A stretch of 52,348 bases of DNA from a virus (lineage: Duplodnaviria > Caudoviricetes), in IMG/VR virus record IMGVR_UViG_3300049007_000012, positions 1 to 52,348 of that record; one strand, given 5' to 3'. The notes beneath the pieces were generated by a model. The model made no database searches and was not told the DNA's origin. It saw nothing but the letters and a program-made list of their open reading frames with translations. This document shows, piece after piece, positions 17,905 to 25,594 of this stretch (positions are counted from its first letter, which is position 1; every line of letters begins with the position of its first letter). The translations under genes were made by a program, and so were the position numbers.

Positions 17905-18381
17905 ATGCCGGCCCCGATCACCGACGAGCAACGACAGCAGGTCATCGACCTCTGCCACGCCGGCAAGAGCCGCAACGCCATCGCCGCCGAGGCCGGCGTC
18001 AGCCCCAGCACCGTCACCAAAGTCGCCAAAGAGATCGGCCACCGGTTCGCCCAGTCGAACCTGGCGCACGCGCATGAGGCTCGGTCGGCGTACTCGGCGG
18101 AGCGGCGGGCGGAGATCGCTGCTCGGCTCACCGTGGAGGTCGAGCAGCTGCTCGACCAGCTGCACGGCGAGTACCTGGTGTTCAACTTCGGCGGGCGGGA
18201 CAACACGTACGAGGAGCACGAGCTGGTCGAGCCGCCGGTCGAGGCCAAGCGCATGCTGATCCAGGCCGCCCGGGAGGGGATGCGCACGGTGCTCGACATC
18301 GACCGGCACGACAACCGCAACGACGAGGGCCTGGCCGCCGTGGACCGGTGGCTGCAGGACATCGTCGGAGGAGCAGCATGA
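17905..18381 (+). CDS. Terminase small subunit (HTH)
   Basis: N-terminal HTH GKSRNAIAAEAGVSPSTV; upstream of terL. Confidence 0.7.
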   Translation: MPAPITDEQRQQVIDLCHAGKSRNAIAAEAGVSPSTVTKVAKEIGHRFAQSNLAHAHEARSAYSAERRAEIAARLTVEVEQLLDQLHGEYLVFNFGGRDNTYEEHELVEPPVEAKRMLIQAAREGMRTVLDIDRHDNRNDEGLAAVDRWLQDIVGGAA

Positions 18382-18947
18382 CCACCCCCGACCCCAACGA
18401 CGTCCTCGACCGGTACGACCGCTACATGCAGGACCCCGACGCCCTCGGCCCCACCGGCCAGAGCGTGCTCATCCGGGACCTGGGTCGTGCCCTCCGCTGC
18501 GCCATCGACACCGACCCGCCGACGTGGTTCGACCAGCAGGAGCCGTGCCCGCGGTGCGGCCACTTCTGCGTGGACCACGCCGCCTGCGCCCCGACGCGCT
18601 ACAGCCCGATCGTGGACTGCGGGTGCACCCACCCGGCGCACTTCGAGGGCGACCTCACGGCCGACGTCGAGCCGCCGGGGACCGGCGTGAGCGGCATCTA
18701 CCCGCGCCTCGAGGTGTTCGAGCGCATCCGCACCGACCACCCCGTCCGCATCCGCCCCACCGACTGGGCCTGCTCAACCTGCCACTTCGAGGTGCTGGTC
18801 TCGCTCATAGCCCCGGACGGCCGCCTCCCGTGCGGCCACGACCTCGGATGCCCACCCCAGGCGTTCCGGGTGCGGGTCGACCAGTGGACCGCCCGCTACC
18901 TCATGGCCAAGGCCACCGTCGCCACGCTCACCGCAGGCCGCTGGTGA
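18378..18947 (+). CDS. Cys/His-rich hypothetical protein
   Basis: SD GGAGGAG, several Cys/His clusters. Confidence 0.65.
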   Translation: MTTPDPNDVLDRYDRYMQDPDALGPTGQSVLIRDLGRALRCAIDTDPPTWFDQQEPCPRCGHFCVDHAACAPTRYSPIVDCGCTHPAHFEGDLTADVEPPGTGVSGIYPRLEVFERIRTDHPVRIRPTDWACSTCHFEVLVSLIAPDGRLPCGHDLGCPPQAFRVRVDQWTARYLMAKATVATLTAGRW

Positions 18948-19105
18948 CCGACCACGCCGCCACGCCGCCCGACCCGCCGCGCAACGAGTGGGCCGAGGCC
19001 CAGGCGCGGCTCGACCAGCTGTGGGCGGACCTCGCCGCCGAGGCCAGGGCCGAGGCCGAGGTCGAGCTGCGGGCGGCGATCACCGGCGAGCCGCCGCCCG
19101 GCTGA
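18944..19105 (+). CDS. Small hypothetical protein
   Basis: GTGA coupling, high GC3. Confidence 0.5.
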   Translation: MTDHAATPPDPPRNEWAEAQARLDQLWADLAAEARAEAEVELRAAITGEPPPG

Positions 19106-19107
19106 CG

Positions 19108-19127
19108 GCCTACCCGCGGCCGATCAT
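19108..19127 (+). promoter_or_regulatory. Late promoter motif copy
   Basis: GCCTACCCG-CGGCC-GATCAT-7 nt-ATG(19135). Confidence 0.7.
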
Positions 19128-19134
19128 GGCCGCC

Positions 19135-19497
19135 ATGAGCGCCGCCGAGCCCGAGCTGCCGCCGCCCGGGGACCGGGTCTGCCGCAAGGTGTTCGAGCAC
19201 GGCTGGGCGCTGTTCGACCGCGAGACCGGTGCTCGGGTCGGCCCGTGGTCGTTCCGCCGGAAGGTGGTCCTCGCCCGGCGTGGCCGTTGCGCGGTCTACG
19301 TGCCGTCGCCGTCCGGCGACTACGGCGAGTCCGGGGTATGCCCCGGCGAGGCGGTGGTGGCCTGCCCGGTCCGGGTCGACCCGGCCACCGGCGAGGACCG
19401 CATCGACGACCTGTGCCAGCACCACTACGACCGCTGGCTCGCGCACCGCCGCCGTCCCCGGCGTCCGATGCAGCTCACCCTCGCCCTGGCATCGTGA
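19135..19497 (+). CDS. Hypothetical protein preceding terL
   Basis: High GC3, LCQHH, GTGA overlap with terL. Confidence 0.65.
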   Translation: MSAAEPELPPPGDRVCRKVFEHGWALFDRETGARVGPWSFRRKVVLARRGRCAVYVPSPSGDYGESGVCPGEAVVACPVRVDPATGEDRIDDLCQHHYDRWLAHRRRPRRPMQLTLALAS

Positions 19498-20897
19498 CCG
19501 CGACGGTCACGCCGCTCGTCGGCAAGCAGCGCCGGTCCGTCGAGCTCGCCACCGCCCGCCTCAACATCTGGGAGGGCAGCGTCCGCTCGTCCAAGACCGT
19601 GTGCTCGCTGCTGCGCTGGCTGCTCTACGTCCGCCAGGGCCCGCCCGGGAACCTGGTCATGATCGGCAAGACCGAGCGCACGCTCAAGCGGAACATCATC
19701 GACCCGCTCGTCGAGATGATCGGGCAGAAGCGGTGCCGGGCGAAGTGGGGCGACGGCGAGCTGATGCTGCTCGGCCGGCGGATCTACCTGGCGGGGGCGA
19801 ACGACGCCAAGGCCGAGGACAAGATCCGGGGCCTCACGTTGGCCGGCGCCTACGTCGACGAGGTCTCGCTGCTGCCGCACGGGTTCTGGTCCATGCTCCT
19901 CACCCGCCTCTCGGTCGAGGGCGCTCAGCTGTTCGGGACCACCAACCCCGACAACCCGCAGCACTGGCTCATGCGGGACGTGCTCAAGAAGGCCCGCACG
20001 TGGCTACGCCACGACGGCCGCCTCGTCCGCTCGGACGCGCCGGGCCGCCTCGACCTCGCCCGGTTCTCGTTCCGGCTGGCCGACAACCCCACGCTCAGCG
20101 CTGCGTACCTCGCCGCGCTCGCCGCCGAGTTCCAAGGCCTCTACCGGCTCCGGTTCATCGAAGGGCTGTGGGTGCTCGCCGAGGGCGCCATCTTCGACAC
20201 CCTCGACGTCGAACCCGGCGGCGCGCACGTCGTCGCCGACGTGCCCCGCTCAGCCAACGGCGCGCCGCTGGCCCGGGAGTGGGTGCTGGCGATCGACTAC
20301 GGCACGGCGAACCCGTTCGTCGCCTTGCTGATCGGCCTGTTCGATGACGTCGACGAGAAGGGCCAGCCGTTCGAGCGCATGTACGTGGCCCGGGAATGGC
20401 GCTGGGACAGCCGGGCCGAGCACGGCCAGAAGACCGACGCCCAGTACAGCAAGGCGCTGGGCACCTGGCTCGACGGGCTCGCCCCGGAGCTGGGCCGGGT
20501 CGAGCTCGACCGCATCATCGTCGACCCCTCGGCCGCGTCGTTCATCGCTCAGCTGTGGGCCGACGGCTGGCACGGCGTGCGCGGCGCCGACAACAGCGTC
20601 ACCGACGGCATCCGGTCCACGGCCACCCTGCTGGCCGCCGACCGGCTGCGCATCCACGAGTCGTGCGCCACCGAACACCGCGCCGCCCGAGCGTCCGAGA
20701 ACGACCTGCTCGGCGAGCTGGCCGGCTACGTCTGGGACCCCACGGCGGCGGCCAAGGGCGAGGAGCGCCCGGTCAAGGACGCGGACCACGGCCCCGACGC
20801 GCTGCGCTACGGCGTGATGGGCACCAGGTTGTGGTGGCGGCACTGGCTGACGATCGACCCGACGGCGGCCGGCGACGGGATGGCCGAGGCGGCCTGA
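19494..20897 (+). CDS. terL: Terminase large subunit (PBSX-like)
   Basis: EGSVRSSKT, YVDE, TTNPD, IDYG, VDPSAASF, DHGPDALRY. Confidence 0.95.
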   Translation: MTATVTPLVGKQRRSVELATARLNIWEGSVRSSKTVCSLLRWLLYVRQGPPGNLVMIGKTERTLKRNIIDPLVEMIGQKRCRAKWGDGELMLLGRRIYLAGANDAKAEDKIRGLTLAGAYVDEVSLLPHGFWSMLLTRLSVEGAQLFGTTNPDNPQHWLMRDVLKKARTWLRHDGRLVRSDAPGRLDLARFSFRLADNPTLSAAYLAALAAEFQGLYRLRFIEGLWVLAEGAIFDTLDVEPGGAHVVADVPRSANGAPLAREWVLAIDYGTANPFVALLIGLFDDVDEKGQPFERMYVAREWRWDSRAEHGQKTDAQYSKALGTWLDGLAPELGRVELDRIIVDPSAASFIAQLWADGWHGVRGADNSVTDGIRSTATLLAADRLRIHESCATEHRAARASENDLLGELAGYVWDPTAAAKGEERPVKDADHGPDALRYGVMGTRLWWRHWLTIDPTAAGDGMAEAA

Positions 20898-20916
20898 CCT
20901 ACCCGCCGCCGATGGT
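20897..20916 (+). promoter_or_regulatory. Late promoter motif copy (upstream of phage tRNA)
   Basis: ACCTACCCG-CCGCC-GATGGT. Confidence 0.65.
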
Positions 20917-20974
20917 GGTGGACGTGGGGACGGCCCGTCCTCCGCCGGCTCCCCGGAGGCGGCCCAACCCACGT

Positions 20975-21048
20975 GTCGGGGTGGAGCAGTTGGTCAGCTC
21001 GCCGGTTTCATAGGCCGGAGGTCGCAGGTTCAAATCCTGCCCCCGCCA
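20975..21048 (+). tRNA. Phage tRNA with CAT anticodon, initiator(fMet)-like body but atypical
   Basis: D arm GAGC/GCTC, anticodon arm CCGGT-TTCATAG-GCCGG, T arm GCAGG-TTCAAAT-CCTGC; 2:71 mismatch; followed by CCT not CCA. Confidence 0.85.
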
Positions 21049-21059
21049 CCTACCCGCAT

Positions 21060-21089
21060 CGCCGCCCCTGGCTCCGGCTGGGGGCGGCG
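21060..21089 (+). terminator. Hairpin downstream of phage tRNA
   Basis: CGCCGCCCC...GGGGCGGCG stem. Confidence 0.5.
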
Positions 21090-21098
21090 CCGCGCCTG

Positions 21099-21118
21099 GC
21101 CTACCCGGGGCGGACCGT
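21099..21118 (+). promoter_or_regulatory. Late promoter motif copy (portal)
   Basis: GCCTACCCG-GGGCG-GACCGT-6 nt-GTG(21125). Confidence 0.7.
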
Positions 21119-21124
21119 GGACCG

Positions 21125-22768
21125 GTGCCGCTCCCCGACAACCCGAACGAGCCGTGGCCCCCGCCGCACTGGGCGCCGATCGCCCGGGACCAGGCCGAGG
21201 CCGCCGTCTGGTACAGCGGCGACCAGGACGCACTCGCCCGCTTCTACGGCGCCCAGACCAACGGCCAGGACCGCCGCCCCTCCGACGGCCTGCGCTCCGT
21301 CGCCGGCAAGGTCTCGGCATGGTTCTGGGGCCGCCGCTACGGCGACGAGCACACCGACCGCCAGCGCATCCACGTCCCCGCCGCCAGCGACGTCGCCGCC
21401 ACGTCGGCCGACCTCCTGTTCGGTGAGCCCCCGTCGCTCGTCATCCCCGAGGCCCACGAGGCCAACGCACCCAGCGACGCCAAGGACGCCGAGGACCGCC
21501 TCAACACGCTGGTCGAGGAGGACGGCATCGCCTCCACGCTCCTCGAGGCCGCCGAGATCTGCGCCGCCATCGGCGACGTCTACCTCCGCCCCCTCTGGGA
21601 CCGCGACGTCGCCCCCGACCACCCGCTACTGACCGTCGTCCACGGCGACCGCGCCCTCCCCGAGTTCCGATGGGGCCACCTCGTCGCCGTCACGTTCTGG
21701 CGGGAGGTGATGCGCAAGGGCGCCGAGGTCTGGCGCCACCTCGAGCGCCACGAGCCCGGCCTCATCCTCCACGGCCTCTACGTCGGCCGCGACAACGTGC
21801 TCGGCGCCAAGGTCGACCTGGCCCGCCACGACGCCACCGCCGGCTTCGACGTCGACGAGCTCGGCGCGATCAACACCCGCGACCTGCTGGGCGTCGACGG
21901 GCTGATCGTCCGGCACGTCCCCAACGTCAAACCGAACCGCCGCCACCGCGGCTACCCGATCGGACGCCACGACACCACCGGGCAAGAGGGACTGATGGAC
22001 GCCCTCGACGAGACGTTCACGTCGTGGATGCGCGACATCAGGCTCGGCAAGGCCCGCCTGGTCGTCCCGAACGAGTTCCTGGTCAGGGCCGGGCGCGGGG
22101 CCGGGGCGCGGTTCGACACCGACCAGGAGGTGTTCTCACCGCTCGACATCGACCCGTCGTCGGCGGAGAAGGCCGGCATCACCCCGGTCCAGTTCCAGAT
22201 CAGGGTCGCCGAGCACGAGCGCACCGCCATGGCGCTGTTCGAGCGGATCGTGTCCGGCGCCGGCTACAGCCCCCAATCGTTCGGCCTAGAGGGCGACGGC
22301 GCCACCCAGACCGCTACCGAGGTCGACGCCCGACAGGACCGCTCGGCCCGCACGAACGGGCGCAAGCAGCGGTACTGGCGGCGCCCGTTCGAGGACGTCG
22401 CCGAGCTGCTGCTCGTCATCGACAACAAGGTGTTCGGCTCCGGCGTGGAGCCGTACCGGCCGCGCCTGGACTTCCCCGACGCCAGCGAGGCCGGCACCCG
22501 GGACATGGCCGAGACGCTGAACCTGCTCACCATGGCCGCGTCGGCGTCGATCGAGACGCGGGTGCGGATGTTCCACCCGGAGTGGGACGAGACCCAGGTG
22601 CAGGAAGAGGTCGAGCGGATCAAGGACGAGCAGCCGGGCGGCGGCGGGTTCTCACCGGACCCGACCGGCCTCCCCCCGGCCGGCGGCGAGCCCGAGCCCG
22701 ACGCCACCAGCGGCGAGCCTGATCCGGCGGACGACCAGCCGCAGGGCGACACCGGCCCGCCGTCGTGA
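21125..22768 (+). CDS. Portal protein
   Basis: Follows terL; DALDETFTSWMRDIRLG, GYSPQSFG, QTATEV, HPEW patterns. Confidence 0.9.
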   Translation: MPLPDNPNEPWPPPHWAPIARDQAEAAVWYSGDQDALARFYGAQTNGQDRRPSDGLRSVAGKVSAWFWGRRYGDEHTDRQRIHVPAASDVAATSADLLFGEPPSLVIPEAHEANAPSDAKDAEDRLNTLVEEDGIASTLLEAAEICAAIGDVYLRPLWDRDVAPDHPLLTVVHGDRALPEFRWGHLVAVTFWREVMRKGAEVWRHLERHEPGLILHGLYVGRDNVLGAKVDLARHDATAGFDVDELGAINTRDLLGVDGLIVRHVPNVKPNRRHRGYPIGRHDTTGQEGLMDALDETFTSWMRDIRLGKARLVVPNEFLVRAGRGAGARFDTDQEVFSPLDIDPSSAEKAGITPVQFQIRVAEHERTAMALFERIVSGAGYSPQSFGLEGDGATQTATEVDARQDRSARTNGRKQRYWRRPFEDVAELLLVIDNKVFGSGVEPYRPRLDFPDASEAGTRDMAETLNLLTMAASASIETRVRMFHPEWDETQVQEEVERIKDEQPGGGGFSPDPTGLPPAGGEPEPDATSGEPDPADDQPQGDTGPPS

Positions 22769-23028
22769 GGCCCCGCACCAACCAGCACCCCGACACCGGC
22801 TACGTCACCCGCAGCAAGGTCACCCGGAACTGCCGGGGCTGCGGCAAGGTCGCCTACTCGTCCCGGAAGCTCGCCGCGGCGGCGGTCGCCCGCATCCGCC
22901 GCCAGACCGGCGACCAGGCGCTCGAGGTGTACCACGACTACGGGTGCCACGCCCTCCACATCGGACACCGGCCGGTGTTCGACCCCGAGAAGGCCCGCGG
23001 CACCGCCCGGGTCAGAGAGGCCAGCTGA
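22765..23028 (+). CDS. Small basic Zn-binding hypothetical protein
   Basis: CRGCGKVAY...C...HIGH. Confidence 0.6.
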   Translation: MRPRTNQHPDTGYVTRSKVTRNCRGCGKVAYSSRKLAAAAVARIRRQTGDQALEVYHDYGCHALHIGHRPVFDPEKARGTARVREAS

Positions 23029-23300
23029 TGCGCCCTGTACCGATCCCCGACGGCGTGGCCGAGGCCATGGGCGGCCGCCGCGTCGTCATCGGCGAGCCCG
23101 GCGACCCCACCCGCACCGACGTGCGCCCGTGCGAGTACGTCGCCACGCTGTCCGAGCTCTACCCCGGCCGGCCGTGCGTGACCGCTCTGGTCGAGCTCGA
23201 CGACGACGACCGAGCGGCCATCGCCGACGGCGCCCGGCTGTCGCTCACCCTCGACGGCGGCGAACTGCCGTGGAGCCTGGCCGTGGAGCCCCGGACGTGA
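23028..23300 (+). CDS. Hypothetical protein (paralog 1)
   Basis: Starts MRPVPIPD; TGATG coupling. Confidence 0.7.
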   Translation: MRPVPIPDGVAEAMGGRRVVIGEPGDPTRTDVRPCEYVATLSELYPGRPCVTALVELDDDDRAAIADGARLSLTLDGGELPWSLAVEPRT

Positions 23301-23584
23301 GGCCGGTCCCGATCCCCGACGACCTCGTGCCCGCAGGGTGCAAGCGGTTCATCATCTCCGCCCCCGACGGCGACCTGACGAGCGACCAGATCCGCCCCGT
23401 CGAGGCCGTGGCCGGCGTCGTCGACGGTCAGGTGCTCATGTCCATGCTCCTGGCCATGGAGCCCGGCGACCTCGACCGGCTCCGCGCCATGGAGACCGAG
23501 CTGGGCGTGGCCGGCGTGTGGCTCACGATGATGACGAACCAGATCCCGGCGTTCTCGGTCGACATCGCCGACGCCGGAGCCTGA
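23297..23584 (+). CDS. Hypothetical protein (paralog 2)
   Basis: Starts VRPVPIPD; GTGA coupling. Confidence 0.7.
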   Translation: MRPVPIPDDLVPAGCKRFIISAPDGDLTSDQIRPVEAVAGVVDGQVLMSMLLAMEPGDLDRLRAMETELGVAGVWLTMMTNQIPAFSVDIADAGA

Positions 23585-23587
23585 CCC

Positions 23588-24673
23588 GTGCCGGCCACGC
23601 CGGACCCCGACCTCGCCCTCCGCCTGGCCAAGACGACCGCCGACATCTACGGCGACGCCGCCGCCCAGATGCTCGACCTCGTCGCGCGCCGCCTCGCCAC
23701 CGGCATCGACCGGCCCGGCTGGGCCGAGGCCAAGCTCGTCGAGCAGATCCGCCTACGCGGCGACCTGCAGGCGATCGTCGACCGGCTCGCCGTGCTCGGC
23801 CCCGACGCCATCGGCGAAGCCCTGGCCGACGCATGGTCCGCCGGCCTCGACGACGCGCTCGAGGACCTGACCGAAGGCGAGGCCCGCGGCGGGTTCGGGC
23901 GGACCAACACGAGGGCGGTCGACGCCCTCGTCACAGAGACCGTCACCGCCGTGCAGTCCACGCACGGCCAGATCATCCGCTCCACCATGGACGCCTACCG
24001 CGCCGTGATCGCCGAGACCAGCGCGCCCGGCGTCGTCACCGGCACCGCCACCCGCCGCCAGGCCGCACAGCGCGCCCTCGACCGCTTCGCAGTCGAGGGG
24101 ATCACCGGGTTCCGCGACCGCGCGGGGCGCCGGTGGGAGCTGGAGTCCTACACCGAGATGGCCGTCCGCACCTCGGCCGGGCGGGCGCAGGTGGCCGGGA
24201 CGCTCGACCGGTTCGTCATCGCGGGCCGCGACCTCGTCATCGTCTCCGACCACGGCCAAGAGTGCCGGGTGTGCCGCCCCTGGGAGCGCAGGGTCCTCTC
24301 CATCTCCGGGCGCACACCGAAGGGCACCGTGCTGTCCGACGGCGTCCGCGTGGCCGGCACGGTCGCCGAGGCCCGAGGCGACGGGCTGCTCCACGCCAAC
24401 TGCCGCCACCGACTCACGGCCTACACCCCCGGCCTGACCCGCCCCGGCCGCCCCCAGTCCGACCCCGAAGGCGACCAGGCCCGCCAGCGGCAGCGGGCGC
24501 TCGAGCGGCAGGTGCGGGCGTGGCGCCGCCGCGAGGCCACCGCGCTCGACGACCCGGCACGGGCACGAGCGCGGACGGGCCTGCGGGACGCACGGGCGCG
24601 GCTACGGGCACACATCGCCGAGCACGACCTCCAGCGTCAGCCCGCCCGGGAGCAGGTCGGCCGGGCCCGTTGA
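23588..24673 (+). CDS. Phage minor capsid protein (min_cap2/MuF-related)
   Basis: DRAGRRWELESYTEMAVRT, CRVCRPW, GLLHANCRH. Confidence 0.88.
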   Translation: MPATPDPDLALRLAKTTADIYGDAAAQMLDLVARRLATGIDRPGWAEAKLVEQIRLRGDLQAIVDRLAVLGPDAIGEALADAWSAGLDDALEDLTEGEARGGFGRTNTRAVDALVTETVTAVQSTHGQIIRSTMDAYRAVIAETSAPGVVTGTATRRQAAQRALDRFAVEGITGFRDRAGRRWELESYTEMAVRTSAGRAQVAGTLDRFVIAGRDLVIVSDHGQECRVCRPWERRVLSISGRTPKGTVLSDGVRVAGTVAEARGDGLLHANCRHRLTAYTPGLTRPGRPQSDPEGDQARQRQRALERQVRAWRRREATALDDPARARARTGLRDARARLRAHIAEHDLQRQPAREQVGRAR

Positions 24674-24692
24674 CCTACCCGGTCGGGACGAT
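24673..24692 (+). promoter_or_regulatory. Late promoter motif copy (scaffold/capsid)
   Basis: ACCTACCCG-GTCGG-GACGAT-7 nt-ATG(24700). Confidence 0.7.
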
Positions 24693-24699
24693 GACCCCG

Positions 24700-25437
24700 A
24701 TGCGAATCGACACCGCCCCCGGGGGCAACGATGACGATCTGACGTTCGACACGGTGCTGGTCGACGGCCGGCGCCTGGTCCACCTGTGGTCCGACGGCAC
24801 CGTGCTGCCCGTGGTCCGCGGCGGCGAGGGCCCCAACGATCCTCCCGCGGATCCGCCCGCTGACCCCCCGGCCGACCCGCCCGCCGATCCCCCCGCGGAT
24901 CCGCCCGCCGACCAGGCCAAGGGCGGCAAGGGCGACCAGCCCGTCAACATGACCCAGGCCGAGCTCGACGACATGATCGAGAAGCGCCTCGCCAAGGCCA
25001 AGGGCAGCTGGGAGTCCGACTCCAAGAAGGCGGCCGACCGGGCCAAGCTCGACGAGACCGAGCGGTTGAAGGTCGAGAAGGCCGACGCCGAGAAGGCCGC
25101 CACCGCAGCGACCGAGGCCGCCGCCTCGCGCATCGTCCGCTCCGACGCCCGCATCGCCGCCGTCGAGGCCAAGGTCAAGGCCGACCGCGCCGTCGCGTTC
25201 GTGAAGCTGCTCGACCTCTCCGACGTGACGGTCAACGACGCCGGCGACGCCGACGCCAAGGCACTCAAGAAGGCCATCGACGCCGGCCTCAAGGACTACC
25301 CCGAGTTCAAGGCCGCCGACGCCGGCAACGGCAACGGCAGGGGCGGCTCGAGCGGCGGGGACATGAACGGCGGCGCCGGCCAGGGCCGCGCCACCAAGAT
25401 CGAAGACGCCGTGGCGGCCCGCCTCAAGGCCGGCTGA
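24700..25437 (+). CDS. Capsid scaffolding protein
   Basis: TQAELDDMIEKRLAK, coiled coil, upstream of MCP. Confidence 0.85.
   Translation: MRIDTAPGGNDDDLTFDTVLVDGRRLVHLWSDGTVLPVVRGGEGPNDPPADPPADPPADPPADPPADPPADQAKGGKGDQPVNMTQAELDDMIEKRLAKAKGSWESDSKKAADRAKLDETERLKVEKADAEKAATAATEAAASRIVRSDARIAAVEAKVKADRAVAFVKLLDLSDVTVNDAGDADAKALKKAIDAGLKDYPEFKAADAGNGNGRGGSSGGDMNGGAGQGRATKIEDAVAARLKAG
24838..24912 (+). repeat. In-frame 12-nt repeat encoding (DPPA)x6
   Basis: DPPADPPADPPADPPADPPADPPAD with synonymous variation. Confidence 0.9.
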
Positions 25438-25447
25438 CCACAGCACC

Positions 25448-25568
25448 CCTCCGACGGGAGGCGAAACACGGGCCCCACGGGGCAGGGGACAGCGCCGGCA
25501 CCCACCGGCCTCCGACGGGAGAGAAACGGGGCCCTCCGGGCCAGGGGAGAACGCTCGCACCCACGAGC
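25448..25568 (+). ncRNA. Tandem ~61-nt structured RNA-like leader of the capsid gene
   Basis: Two units each with three hairpins; conserved loops and linkers, varying stems. Confidence 0.55.
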
Positions 25569-25594
25569 AGGACACCAGACGCACGGAGGCAACC

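Noticed and set aside
25448-25568. CRISPR array
   Set aside because: Only two units, no unique spacers, no cas genes
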